Assembly: GCA_951406725.2 (NCBI GenBank)
Contig: OX597825.1
Location: 79,360,001 to 79,424,000 of the forward strand
Direction of reading: 5' to 3'
DNA from: Octopus vulgaris
Lineage: Eukaryota
Length of the DNA: 64,000 bases
The position numbers were made by a program, and so were the translations under genes. Of the stretch, positions 1 to 12,223 are shown in pieces. How positions within the stretch are numbered: position 1 is the first letter of the stretch; every line of letters begins with the position of its first letter. The notes below the pieces were generated by a model. The model was given only the letters and a program-made list of their open reading frames with translations. It ran no database searches and was not told where the DNA came from.

Positions 1-282
1 ATGACCTTCTTAATGCCAATCATTTGTATTCTGGGTCCCTTTTTTTTTCATGGCACCAGCACTAGTGAATCTGCTTGGGAACTTGCAAGACCTAAATGGG
101 CCGAATAATTGATAAAGAATAGATGGAACAGATTAATTGTGACAGGATGGTAGTGGAGAGAATAGCAGAGGCGACAGTGTTGGGATGGGAGTAATGGGGA
201 CAGCAAATAGGGAGACAATGTAATAATGGTTATGGGATGGGTCAAGTAGCTGAGCCCTGTATGTATTGATTTATGTGGGTGT

Positions 283-740
283 GTTTCCAGACATATGATC
301 TTCCAGCAGCCACCCTCTTGTCCCAGGGCAGCACTACCTCCTCCAGTCACTTGATGTAGGTCTCTGTGTTGAGTCTGAGGCCGTGTGGGAAGATGAATAG
401 AGGTGTAACATCACCATCACTAGCGATCACTCCAAATAACATGACGTTGACTGGACGTCTGATTTTTATCACGCTTAGTACATGTTTTGGGGACACGGCA
501 AACCAACGGTTGTTCTGTGTGTTCACTATCTGTTCATATTGGAGCTTCTGGTCCGAATGCCGAGTAGTACAGCATGTCGTTTCCAAATTTCTGGCAGAGT
601 GAATTGTGTCATGGTACTGTTTTTCTCACAGATGGTGCCCAACTGACCCTACTATACTGTGTAGTTGACAAAATCAAAAACAAACAATGCGTATGTGTGA
701 ATTAAAAATATAAAATGGTGACAATTTATCCATCGCACCC

Positions 741-742
<2 letters not shown>
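283..742 (-). mobile_element. Tc1/mariner transposon remnant (internally deleted, one TIR)
   Basis: Minus-strand translation VNVMLFGVIASDGDVTPLFIFPHGLRLNTETYIK*LEEVVLPWDKRVAAGRSYVW resembles a DDD/E transposase core. The end reads CAGGGTGCGATGGATAAATTGTC, a TIR-like terminus. Confidence 0.75.
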
Positions 743-781
<39 letters not shown>

Positions 782-834
782 GTATAGAACCAAATAGTGA
801 AGGATTATCAATCTGGGCAAATTACTTGAAAAAC

Positions 835-875
<41 letters not shown>

Positions 876-877
<2 letters not shown>

Positions 878-1075
878 AGATGTACTCGCATAGCAAGTAA
901 TTTGATCTGAGATCGTGTGCTGAAACGAAAACAATTGCAGCGTGGGAGGTGTTTATAAGCCATTTAAGAAACACACAAAAGCCGTTCGATTCACTCCAAC
1001 ATTTAAGTTTAATTTGTCAAAATATTTTCGTCGCTAAAATCCGCGACCTGTTCACTGACAAAGTCCGTGCTGCAT
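876..1075 (-). mobile_element. ~200-bp non-autonomous repeat (family F) in a (TA)n tract, carrying a hammerhead motif
   Basis: The same sequence recurs at 5243-5420 and, inverted, at 5985-6130. It is flanked by (TA)n on both sides. Confidence 0.8.
1013..1062 (-). ncRNA. Minimal type I hammerhead ribozyme motif, G3:C8 variant
   Basis: Minus strand reads UUUGUCA-GUGAACA-G-GUCGC-ggauuuua-GCGAC-GAAA-AUAU-UU-UGACAAA: 7-bp stem I, 5-bp stem II, GAAA, palindromic loop III. Confidence 0.7.
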
Positions 1076-1093
1076 CACATATATATATATGTA

Positions 1094-1134
<41 letters not shown>

Positions 1135-2289
1135 TTGTCTTTTAAGTCCTTATTTCCATGCTAACTTTTGGGTGAGACAAATATAGTATTGAGGCATTGT
1201 ATTACACCCAGATACCCAGCTTGTCATTAACTCATACCTGCTTTTCAAGTGAGGGGCCCCCTATTTCACATGTGTCTGAAGATATGAAGGAAGACGATGA
1301 TTTGTTGACAGGGAAACGACAAATTGTAGCTTAACTATTTTCAATAAAGTGCAGCTGTAAAGAAATGCACACATGCACACAGAGAGTGGGCTTCTCTCAG
1401 TTTTTGTCTATCAGATCCACTCCTGGCACAAAGCTTTAGCCAGTCTGGGGATATATCAGAAGATTGAAGGTGCCACGCAAAGGGACTGAACCAGAAACCC
1501 TGTGGTTGAGAAGTGAACTGTGTCACCACTCAACTTCTCCCCTCCCCCACCCACCAAAAATGGGCCCACATCTCCTACCTTCATTTCCCAATATCTCACC
1601 CTATTACCTCAATATCATCATCACCATCATTGTTTTATCATTCACTTTTCCATGTTTGCATGAAGCAAGACGGAATTTTTTTGAAGTGGATTTTCTATGG
1701 CTGGATGCCCTTCCTGTTGCTAACTCTCAACTATTTCCAACTGATGTAATACTTCCCCATGGCTAGACACATTTTCACAGAAACAAATGACAGTGAAATT
1801 TGTTTGCAACTACCATGCAATGTCAAGGCAAGATGACAGTAATGCACATGTACACACACACACACCAGCCTTCCTTCTTTCAGTTTCTGCCTACAAAATC
1901 CTCTCACATGGCCTTGGTTGGTCTGTGGCTACCTAAAACCATGTGGTTTGAAAGCAGGATTGGGAAGCGAGTGCTAGGCATAGTGTACGAAGGAGTTATA
2001 TATAGGTGGAGCACACAGGCTGGTGGGTGGCTAGCAGATAGCAGTAATAGAGTGAGTCAAGGCATGTGGGTAGAACACACAGGTCAGGGTCAAGTGGAGA
2101 GCAATGATACAGTGGTGCAAAGCTGAGAGGACAGGATTGGGGAGTGAGAGGTAATCAGAGTATACGAAGCGGAAATGTGAAGAAGAGAAGAGATGTAGAG
2201 ATGTAGTTTGGTTTGTTGTGGTAGAGTGTGTGAGAAGTTTTCTTGTGGGTGGGACACATAGTGCTTCTAGAACTCAATTTTGCTGAGGT

Positions 2290-2725
2290 GGGAGGGTCTT
2301 CTCAAGAACTTCATATTGCCAGACATCTCAGTCCATTGTCATTTCCTCCATGAGGCCCAACTTCCTCAGATCGGTCCTTACCATTTCATCCCAGTCTTCC
2401 TGGTTTTCCTCTTCCACAGTTACCATCCACTTTCAGTGATTGGCACTTCTTCACACAGCTGTCCTCATTCATACACATCACATGTCCAAACCAACATAGT
2501 CTTCTCTCTTGCATGCTGCACTTAATTCCTCTTATGCCCAACTTTTCTCTCAATACATTTGCCCTTTGCTGTACACGTGCACTGATGATGCACATCCAAT
2601 GGAGCATACCACCTCCGTTTCACTCCATCTATGCATGTCTTCTGCATTCAGAGCCCGTGTCTCACCACCATGGACTATAGCTGTTTTTACACAAGCATCA
2701 TATAGTCTACCTTTCACATTGAGAG
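2290..2725 (-). mobile_element. RTE-clade LINE fragment (C-terminal part of the RT ORF)
   Basis: ORF 2386-2607 reads LREKLGIRGIKCSMQERRLCWFGHVMCM...GRGKP, matching the RRLRWFGHV...GRPRKTW pattern of RTE elements. It is frameshifted. Confidence 0.8.
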
Positions 2726-3200
2726 AGAGAGAGTCCTGGAGGGTATATCAGCTGAAACATTGTGTTAACAACAAACAAGATGACAAATATTTCTCAAATG
2801 TAAATAATTTTAATAGTATATTTATATTCACATATTTGAAATGATGAAGCTATGAGATATTGCAAGATTAATTCAAAATGATGTAAATAAATAAACCTTA
2901 TATTTGACAAAGTAATCCGAATACGAAAGGGATATACATGTGTGCATATATATATGCATTTGTGTATGATGGACTCTCCTGGCAAAGACGATGTATGAGT
3001 GTTCAACTTTTACCAAGCAACCTGCACAGAAGATTTTACCTGAACACTTGTATGGTGTATCACACATCAGGTGTCAAAGTTATTGCAGAGCAATGTGAAA
3101 TGAAGTCTTTTGCTCAAGAACACAACACACCACCCAGTCTAGGAATTGAAACCATGATCTTACTATGCATCCTCTCTCTCTCTCTCTCTATGTTTGTGTT

Positions 3201-3621
3201 ACTTTTACTCTTATTTGTTTCAGTCATTTGACTGTGGCCATGCTGGAGCACTGCCTTTAGTCAAGCAAATCAACCCCAGGACTTATTCTTTGTCAGCCTA
3301 GTACTTATTCTATCGGACTCTTTTGCTGAACTGCTAAGTTACGGGGGCGTAAACACACCAGCATTGGTTGTCAAGCAATGTTGGTGGGGACAAACACAGA
3401 CGAACACACATATATACACGCACACACACACATACATACACATATATATATATACATACATGTATAAGATGGGCTTCTTTCAGTTTCCATCTACCAAATC
3501 CACTCACAAGGCTTTGGTCAGCCTGAGGCTATAGTAGAACACACTTGCCAAAGGTGCCATGCAGTGGGACTGAAGCTGGAACCATGTGGTTGGTAAGCAA
3601 GCTACTTACCACACAGCCACT
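3201..3621 (-). mobile_element. SINE family C, near full length
   Basis: Reverse complement of the copy at 46601-47003. tRNA-like head GTGGCTGTGTGGTAAG...GGTTC and an internal TA/CA microsatellite. Many partial copies, e.g. 1385-1530, 17177-17330, 23945-24100, 60485-60615. Confidence 0.8.
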
Positions 3622-4194
3622 ATATATATATATATATATGATATAAAGGAATTTCATGAATCCAAAAAGACCCAGCATACTGAACCCTAGGCATTACAGG
3701 AATGAATAGGAAAAGATCCACCACGAATAACTTTGAGGCTGCTGAAGAGGTTTCTAGATAGCTCTGGATAAAAACAAATGATCAGTGAAGTCACCAGATC
3801 AGGGCTGACCTTGGGCTAAACAACAGCAACTTAATTTATTTAATATCCGCCCAATCTAGTAAATCAGGAAATACTAGAATCAAGAAGCCCATGTTTTGTT
3901 TTTCTGTCAGAATTTATTAATGAACCAACCACATGCCATTTTCTTTTATCTCAGCAATTTGTTTATTTTTATACTGTGTACTTCAGAAGTTTCCTCCCAA
4001 ACATATTGTTTCTGGGTCATTCCTTGTTGTACTGCACCCTCAGCAAAGTGTCTTTTGCTTTAGTCTTGGGCTGATCAAAGCCTTGTGAGTAGATCTGGTA
4101 AACAGAAACTGAAGGAAACTCCTTGTGTGTGTGTTTCCTTGTCTTGTCATCATGGGAGGTAAACAAGTATCACTGCCAAAACAAACAGCATCTT

Positions 4195-4485
4195 CATCAT
4201 CATCATCGTTTAACGTCCGTTTTCCATGCTAGCACGGGTTGGACGGTTCGACCGGGGTCTGGGAAGCCAGGGGCTGCACCAGGCTCCAGTCTGATCTGGC
4301 AGTGTTTCTACAGCTGGATGCTCTTCCTAACGCCAACCACTCCGTGAGTGTAGTGGGTGCTTTTTACATGCTGGGGGAGTCTGGCATCGGCCACGATCGG
4401 TTGATGCTTTTAACGTGCCACCGGCACGGAAGCCAGTCAAGGCAGCGCTGGCATCGGCCACGTTTGGATGGTGCTTTTTATGTGC
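4195..4485 (-). mobile_element. SINE/LINE-tail family A with (GAT)n tail
   Basis: CATCATCATCGTTTAACGTCCG...CTGGATGCCCTTCCTAACGCCAACCAC occurs more than 20 times in the window, in both orientations. Confidence 0.85.
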
Positions 4486-5013
4486 TGCGAAATCATGTCT
4501 GGCAGTAAGGCTATATTACATTTACTTTGAAACAGGTGAAGGTTGGTAGCAGGGAGGGCATCCAGCCATTGAATATTTCCTTCAGTAAACTCCATCTGAT
4601 CCCTGTAAGCATGGAAAGGTGGACATTGAAACAGAAAGGATACATTTGGGGACCAGTTGATTGATTCAGTCGATTATTCCACAACTGGGAATGTAAACAT
4701 GCTAGAACAAATACCATATGACATTCTGTGGCTGTAATCCTCATCATCATCATTTAGCATCCACCTTTTCATACTTGCATGGGTCAAATGCAATTTGTTG
4801 AGGCAGATTTTCTACCACTGGTTGCTCTCCCTGTTGTCAATACTCTTCCTGTCTCTGCCAATTCATCTCTTATAGATTTTAAAAGGATACCCAGGCTAAT
4901 GCTTGCTTACACAGACAATTTTTGCTAGCTTCCTTGGGTTTCGGATTTTACCTCTCTCTCCCTCTCCCCCCTCTCTCTTTATATATACATATATATATAT
5001 ATATGTATGTATA

Positions 5014-5232
5014 TGTAACGGGAAGGTTTACGAAAATAAACAAAAGACGAAGGCAGGTTTACGAAAATTAACAAAAGGCAAAGGCAGGTGGAGTACAAAC
5101 CAACAATTGTATGGCGCTCAGGAATAGAAATAAAACAAGTCTTTTACGTTTCGAGCTTACGCTCTTCGACAGAAAGATACACAGAAAAGAAACAAGGAGA
5201 GAAAAAAATGTGTGTAGGAGCTAATGGTCCAA
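5014..5232 (-). mobile_element. Short Penelope-like/retrozyme-type repeat carrying a hammerhead motif
   Basis: Follows a (TA)n tract. Shares CGCTCAGGAA...TTTTACGTTTCGAG...GCTCTTCG with 55453-55655. Confidence 0.65.
5140..5177 (-). ncRNA. Minimal type I hammerhead motif with an A6U core change
   Basis: Minus strand reads UCUUU-CUGUCGA-A-GAGC-guaa-GCUC-GAAA-CG-UA-AAAGA. Confidence 0.7.
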
Positions 5233-5242
5233 TGTATATTAT

Positions 5243-5420
5243 GGAGATGTACTTGCATAGCAAGTGACTTGATCTGAGATTGTGTGCTGAAACAAAAGCA
5301 ATTGCAGCATGGAAGATGTTTGTAAGCCATTTAAAAACTGTTAGTTTCACTTCAACATTTAAATTTAGTTTGTCAAAATATTTTTGTCACTTTAAAACTG
5401 CAACCTGTTCACTGACAAAA
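5243..5420 (-). mobile_element. Family F copy with decayed HHR (5369-5419)
   Basis: Aligns by eye to 876-1075. It keeps stem I and GUGAACA, but GAAA has become AAAA. Confidence 0.8.
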
Positions 5421-5574
5421 CTTATATACACACGCAGGCACGTCTACACACATATGTAAATACTCACATACATATGTACATATATTCATACATAAATATA
5501 TACAGACATACATGTGTATATGCGTATATGCATGCATACACATGTACACATATGCATACATACACACATACATA

Positions 5575-5895
5575 CATAGGAGCACTCTGTTGGTTATGAC
5601 AACAAGGGTCCCAGCTGATACGATCAACGGAACAGTTTGCTCATGAAATTAAAGGTGCAAGTGGCTGAGTACTCCACAGACATGTGTACCCTTAACATAG
5701 TTCTCAGGGAGATTCAGCATGACACAGAGTGTGACAAGGCCGGCCCTTTAAAATACAGGTACTACTCATTTTTGCCAGCTGAGTGGACTGGAGCAACGTG
5801 AAATAAAGTGTCTTGCTCAAGGACACAACACGTCACCGGGAATTGAACTCATGACCTTACGATCATGAGCCAATTGCCCTAACCACTAAGCCACA
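5575..5895 (-). mobile_element. tRNA-derived SINE family D
   Basis: Minus strand reads GGCTTAGTGGTTAGG...GAGTTCAATTC (A/B boxes), then TTGAGCAAGACACTTTATTTCACGTTGCTCCAGTCCACTCAGC. Relatives at ~15000, 17700 and 22740. Confidence 0.75.
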
Positions 5896-5984
5896 CATAT
5901 GCATACATACACACATACATACATACATACTTACATGCATACATACATATACATCATGAACTAACTGTTACTTTCTCAGAAGCA

Positions 5985-6130
5985 GCACAAAGTTTTGTCA
6001 GTGAATAGGTCACGGTTTCAAAATAAAAAAAATATATCGACACAAATTAAATTTAAATGTTGAAGTGAAACTAATGCTTTTTGTGTGTTTTTAAATGGCT
6101 TACAAAACATCTTCCATGCTGCAATTGTTT
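5985..6130 (+). mobile_element. Family F copy, inverted and more decayed
   Basis: TTTGTCAGTGAATAGGTCAC...ATGTTGAAGTGAA...CATGCTGCAATTGTTT is the reverse complement of family F. Confidence 0.7.
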
Positions 6131-6135
6131 ATATA

Positions 6136-6276
6136 TAAGGTTGTCCCAAAAGTTCGTAGAAAGTCTTGGAAAATAATGGTCTTTATTTTGAGGAATAATT
6201 TTCGTTGTTTTTGTTAGTACTTGGCGAGTAAAAATTCAATTTTCGCAAGTGTTTACTAACTTTTGGGACAACCTAA
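6136..6276. mobile_element. mariner-type MITE
   Basis: TIRs AGGTTGTCCCAAAAGTT / AACTTTTGGGACAACCT, flanked by TA. Confidence 0.8.
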
Positions 6277-6384
6277 TATATATATAAATATGTATGTGTG
6301 TGTGTGTGCGTGTGCATGTGCACAAGCCATCTAAGAGTCCATAGGTCTGGAAAAAATGCACTCGATCACTATACCCACTATATA

Positions 6385-6730
6385 TTGGGTCAACCCATGA
6401 ATAATGCGGTTTTTTTTAATATATCTTTTATTTTTCAAAATTAACTTTCTTTTTTTAATCTAAAATATACTCTCCTTCATTTTCTACAATGCTCTTCCGT
6501 CTATCTGGTAGACTTGCAAGGCCCCTCTTCCAAAATTCACTTGTCTGGTGAATGTGGTGGGTGGAGCATCATTTCCCATTCAAACTTCTCCAGCCTTTGG
6601 AATGTCAGCCTCACTGTATGTGGCCGAGCATTATTAGTTTGACTACCATCCTTGCAACATCTATATTCTTTACTATGCCTGTCATCTCCTGTGTCCCTGC
6701 TGTAAGGCTTCACTTCCACACACGCCAGCT
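6385..6730 (-). mobile_element. mariner transposase remnant
   Basis: ORF 6537-6719 reads NNARPHT...LEKFEWEMMLHPPHSPD (DNARPH and HPPYSPD motifs). TIR-like end TTGGGTCAACCC follows TA. Confidence 0.8.
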
Positions 6731-7082
6731 TAATTTACTTCGTCTTTAGTCGAAAGACACCTGTTGTTAATGTCCTTTATTTGCATTTGTATTTGTGTAC
6801 CATTTCTCTGTTTTTTCTGCCCTTGTTTCTGTATACATTTGCTGCTTTCTTCCAAGGAATCTAGTGCTCTTAGCTTAGTTTTTCCTTGGGGCTGGCCAGA
6901 TTGGAGCAATCTCAAGTATAAGCAGCTGAAATTGCAAAGATAATCTGGAACTTGACTGAAGAAAGAAAACTCCAAATGACCCGGCCTTGTTTTTTTGTAT
7001 CGTCTGTCTGGATGTTTTGTTGTCCCTTTTTTGTATCATCTAACTTTCTGGCTGCTTTGTGATCTTGTTCCGCATCCTTTTC

Positions 7083-7139
<57 letters not shown>

Positions 7140-7148
<9 letters not shown>

Positions 7149-7415
7149 ATAAAGGATTGTGGTAAGGCCAGAACAATGCGAAGTAAATGCAAGGCAAATC
7201 ACAAGAAAACAAATATATGAATTAATGTAGACTCACCTTGTATTCAATATTTCAGGGTTATTAATTCATATATTTGTGTTCTTGTGATTTGCTTTGCATT
7301 TATTTCGCATTGTTCTGGCCTTACCCACGATCCTTTATACAATATATTCTACACAATGCTTCATAGCAATTATTCCATATTGCTCAGTGCCTCTCCGAAA
7401 GAGAGAGAGGCATAT
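7140..7415. repeat. Fold-back element in (TA)n: ~87-bp arms plus a one-sided tail
   Basis: 7140-7226 is the near reverse complement of 7260-7347, with a 33-nt spacer. Confidence 0.85.
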
Positions 7416-7434
7416 ATATATATGTGTGTGTGTA

Positions 7435-7476
<42 letters not shown>

Positions 7477-7477
7477 C

Positions 7478-7788
7478 ACGTGGCACGTTAAAAGCACCAT
7501 CCGATCGTGGCCGTCTGCCAGCCTTGCCTGGCCTCCGTGCCGGTGGCATGTAAAAAGCACCATCTGACCGTGGCCGTTTACCAGCCTTGTCTGGCACTTG
7601 TGTGCCGGTGGCACGTAAAAAGCACCCACTACACTCACGGAGTGGTTGGCGTTAGGAAGGGTATCCAGCTGTAGAAACATTGCCAGATCAGACTGGGTAT
7701 GGCGCAGCCTTCTGGCTTCCCAGACCCCAGTCGCACTGTCCAACCCATGCTAGCATGGAAAGCGGATGCTAAACGATGATGATGATGA
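7478..7788 (+). mobile_element. Family A copy
   Basis: Ends CATGGAAAGCGGATGCTAAACGATGATGATG and has internal tandem subrepeats. Confidence 0.85.
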
Positions 7789-7800
7789 TACACACATATA

Positions 7801-7856
<56 letters not shown>

Positions 7857-7957
7857 TATATATATACATATATATATAAAGAAACAAACAGGTTAATTTC
7901 AGTTTCTATCTGCCAAATTCAATCATTAATAGTGATGAAATGTAATGAAATATAATT

Positions 7958-7988
<31 letters not shown>

Positions 7989-8115
7989 AAGAGAAAGCAA
8001 GCAAAAGGAAACAAATAATGAAGATTATGGTGATATTTAGGAATCTAACAAAGGTTCTTATGTAAATTACAATGAAAAGTTTTTCCTTTCTTTAAATATA
8101 ACTACTTTAAAACAG

Positions 8116-8149
8116 GTTCTGTTGTGTAAAAGAATTGAGTTGCTGTCAG
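8116..8149 (+). other. Candidate 34-nt exon (probably non-coding)
   Basis: T-rich tract ...AAACAG acceptor and a perfect CAG|GTAAGT donor, in non-repetitive sequence. Splice signals are the only evidence. Confidence 0.3.
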
Positions 8150-11058
8150 GTAAGTTTGTATCAAAAGAGTAAAAAACTGTCATGTTTGTCAGTAACGTTA
8201 CATTTCCTATCCTTAAATTTTCTTATAAAACAGTCACATTTTAAACAAGATACGTATTCATTTATTTGTTGTTGCTGTATCAGTGTGCTGCAGGATGTCC
8301 ATTAAAAACCTCCTTGAATAGGCAGAAATACTCTTCTCCCATTGAACTTTGTATGTCTCTGTAATAGGAGTGTTCGTCAAGCTAAACTTGGTGACAATGC
8401 CAGGAAATTAGTCAGATTGTTGTGTAGTGTTTGTGCAGTTCTTCAGAGCTTGTTGTTGTTTAATCCTTTAATATTCAAACTAACTGACCATATTTGGCTT
8501 AAATATTCTATTTGTTTTATGTTCAAACCAGCCAGATCCAGCCTCTTGTACCTACCCTACAATGTCCTCCTAAAAATAAACAATCACATTATGAAAATCT
8601 CAAAGCTAGAAGATAATGCATGATTAATTCAAAATATTGTTTTCAAATTTTGGCACAAGGCCAGCAATTTGAGGGGAGGGGTTAAGTCGGTTAAATCAAC
8701 TGCAGTATTCAACTGGTACTTATGTTACCAATTCTGAAAGGGCAGAAGGCAGAGTTGAACCCAACGAAATTTGAACCCAGAACATAAACTGATTAATTCA
8801 AAATAATGTGAATGTATAAGGATTACATTTGACCAACACAAAAAAAAAGGCGTTCCAAATATGACCACTGCAGACAATACTGACACACAGTAGATGGTCT
8901 TAATGATTGTTATCATTAGTGAGTAGCTCCGGCTAATTTTTTAATTAGGCTGATGACAGTCAGATGGTTGATTGACTTGTGGCACAGGGGCAGCTGATTG
9001 GATGACAGATGGGAGCACAAGAGAGGTGGATTGATTAAATGATTGGTAGTACAGAAGTAGTGATTGGCTGATTGGTAAATGGAACAGAGGTAATTGATTG
9101 GTTGATCATTGTCATATACATCCATCTGCTCACCCACCCATCCAACCATCCATCCATCTTATGCCGCAGTCACATCTGACACTACAGGAGATCATCTTGA
9201 CATGGTTGGTTTAACATAATAATGATTAAATTATGTTTTGTCATCCAATCGCTCCATCCTGGTGTTTGTAACACAACAACATTATATACCTCCCACCCAT
9301 CTTATCGATTGTTTCACTGGTTTGGAAATGAGCGAACGCCCACAGCAGAACAATAATTGAATGGTGCATCAACGATGCTTTGGTTCAGTGCTATTTTTGT
9401 TCTATAGAAATTCTGTGTAGATTTTTAGCCAATATTGTACAGGCACTGGTGTGGCTGTAGGCACTGGCATAGCTGTGTGGTTAAGAAGTTTGCTTTCTAA
9501 CCTTGGTTCTGGGTTCAGTCTCATTGTGTTGAAATTTGGGCAAGTGTCTTCTTGAGTGCATTTGGTAGAGAATATGCCTCAACATGTTCCATCTCACCCT
9601 TGCAAGCATGAAAAGTGGGCATAAAAACGACTTGTCGTCGTTGTCGTCCTCCTCCTCCTCGTCCTCGTCGTCGTCCTCCTCCTCCTCCTCATCATCATCA
9701 TCACCCCTCCCCCCTCCTCCTCCCTTCCTTCCTTCCTCCCTCTCCCAAATTGATATTAACTGTGTTCATCTCAACCCCTCCCATCTTCAATCATTTCTCG
9801 CACTCTTTCCACACTTCCCTACCCACCCCACCTGCCTCTTCTGTTCTTTTATCCCTATTCTCTGTCTCATTTTCATCTTGTACCTTGAGCCTTATGCCCT
9901 CCTCCTCCTCCCCCTCCTCTCTTTCACTTGCTCTCTTTCCAGTCAGGGAAGCCACGTGTTCACCTCTTCAGCAAGCAAGACACCTCTTCCTGTCCCTCTA
10001 TCATACTTTCACATTCTCTCATATTACATTCCATTCACTTTTTTCTTTGGGTGGTGGGGGTCTTGTCTCATGAGTACTTGGCAAATTCGCTAGTGCTGAT
10101 ACCATGAAAAAATACCTCCACTACATTCTGTAAAGTAGTTGGCATTAGGAAGGGCATCCAGCATGTAGAAGCCATTGCCAGAGTAGACAATGAGACTTGG
10201 CACTGCTCTCTGATTTGTTGGTTCCTGTCAAACCATCCAACCCTTGCTGACATGGCAAAAGGTATCTTAAATGATAATTATGGCAACTGAGTGGACAGAT
10301 ATTTCTCTGTAGATACAGTGTTGGCCATAAATCTATAGATTTTGTAGTACATTATGGCACTGAAATAAAACACAACACATGAGTTAATTATCAATTAAAT
10401 TATCTGCCGAGAATACATTATATATGTAAACCAGGCAATCCAGTTTACTTAAAACCCTTACTTAGAGTGGGTTTTATAAGCTATGTTTCTGTGGATGGTT
10501 AAAGAGTGTGATCAGAAGTTTGAAACTAGACTGATTGATCCCTCTTTGTCTGTCCACAAAGATACAGAATATCAATACAGTGTTTACATTTGTATCTGTG
10601 TATATACATACAGCTTTGGTTAAACACTCTGCAGAAATATCCAGTAGTGCAGTATAACATTAATACAGGTTTGAAACCTATGTCTATTGGTATATTGGAA
10701 AGGTTTAGGGTTAAGCAGTATCAGTTCCATTCCATTCGTTAAACTGTTTTTGTTCACAAAACTCTAACATCTTGAATCATTATCTTTTTAAATAATGATT
10801 ATGATAATCCTTTCTACTCCCTTCTCTGATTGTCACTCCTCGTCTTCCCCTTTTAACTCTTCTTCCCTTTCTAACTCCTCCTTTCCTTCAGCCTCTCCTC
10901 TTCTACAGCTCCTCCTTCACTTCAGCCTCTCCTCCTCTTCAGCCTCTCCTCCTCTTCAGCCCCTCCTCCTCTTCAGTCCCACAATCACTTCAGCCCCTCC
11001 TCTTTGATCTTAAAGTTGAAAAAATCTTTTAAGATGACCTTATTCATTTCATTTACAC

Positions 11059-11311
11059 CAGAGTTTCTCAGCAGTTTTTTGCTTATGGACCCTTTTAATT
11101 CCTATTTTACCTGGATGGTCCCTCATAGCCATCCAATGTTTAAAAAAGTCATATGTTTTTGTAATTAAATATTATTAGGAATTGTATAAAAAGAAAATTA
11201 AAATATTTTGTGCATTGTAGAAGTATTAACCAATTTATTGCAATTAAATTTTAACAACAAAATCTTAAATGGGCCACGAAGGGCCATCTGGACCCTGGTT
11301 CAGAACCACTG
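11059..11311. mobile_element. hAT-type MITE
   Basis: TIRs CAGAGTTTCTCA / CAGAACCACTG and an exact 8-bp TSD ATTTACAC. Confidence 0.85.
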
Positions 11312-11418
11312 ATTTACACTATGCTGGATGGTGTATTTTTTAATACTTTGACTATAATTTTTTTAGTACCATGCAAATGCAGCATTGAGCTGTACCCCAG
11401 TTTATGGTATTCCAAGGC

Positions 11419-12223
11419 GCAAAATTTTTTACCCACATGAGTCCTGGACCCCAGTAATGAACTCATTTGCATACAGCCAATCAGCTCACCTTGATCTTGT
11501 TAAGTTAACAAACAAACTCTACCAAGTAAACTCAAGACGAAGAATGGTGTTGTAAGGCGACCAATCACCAAGTTACGCCTGATTTTAGAAGGAGACAAGT
11601 AATTAGACAGATTTGCATCTGTACCTATTATTGGATTTTGTTAGGGCCTCATATGGTAGAGATGTGGATGGGAAAAATGTGGGTAGATAGGCGATATGCT
11701 AGCAATCCTCTTCCCTTACTGTTTTACAAAGTGATCAGCATAAATAACTACGCAGAGGCAGCCATGGTTGGAACAAGAACAAGAACAACAAGCATTCATC
11801 ATCATCATCATCATCATCATCGTTTAGCGTCCGCTTTCCATGCTGGCATGGGTTGGACGGTTCAACTGGGGTCTGGGAAGCCAGAAGGCTGCACCAGGCC
11901 CAGTCTGATCTGGCAGTGTTTCTACGGCTGGATGCCCTTCCTAACGCCAACCACTCCATGAGTGTAGTGGGTGCTTTTTACGTGCCAGATGAGGCTGGCA
12001 AACGGCCACGATCGGATGGTGCTTTTTATGTGGCACCGACACGGAGGCCAGTTGGTGGCACGTAAAAGAAAGAAGAAGCATGGTCATTCCTTACCCAAGT
12101 GACCTTATCTTATCGCCCATCACTTATGTGCTCATAAGTTAGTTTGATAGTTGAGCTTTGATTGGCTGTATGCAAATGAGTTCATAACTGAAGCCTAGAA
12201 CTCTTGTGGGAAAAAAATTTTGC
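11419..12223. mobile_element. Element with ~70-bp inverted ends containing octamer and CCAAT motifs; family A SINE nested at 11796-12066
   Basis: 11419-11488 is approximately the reverse complement of 12152-12223, including GAACTCATTTGCATACAGCCAATCA. Confidence 0.65.

Noticed and set aside
3735-3780. CTGAAGA followed by a hairpin
   Set aside because: No GAAA-stem III-stem I partner follows. At best a truncated HHR.
6950-6990. CTGAAGA...CAAA in a TA-flanked repeat
   Set aside because: Stems I and II could not be formed convincingly.
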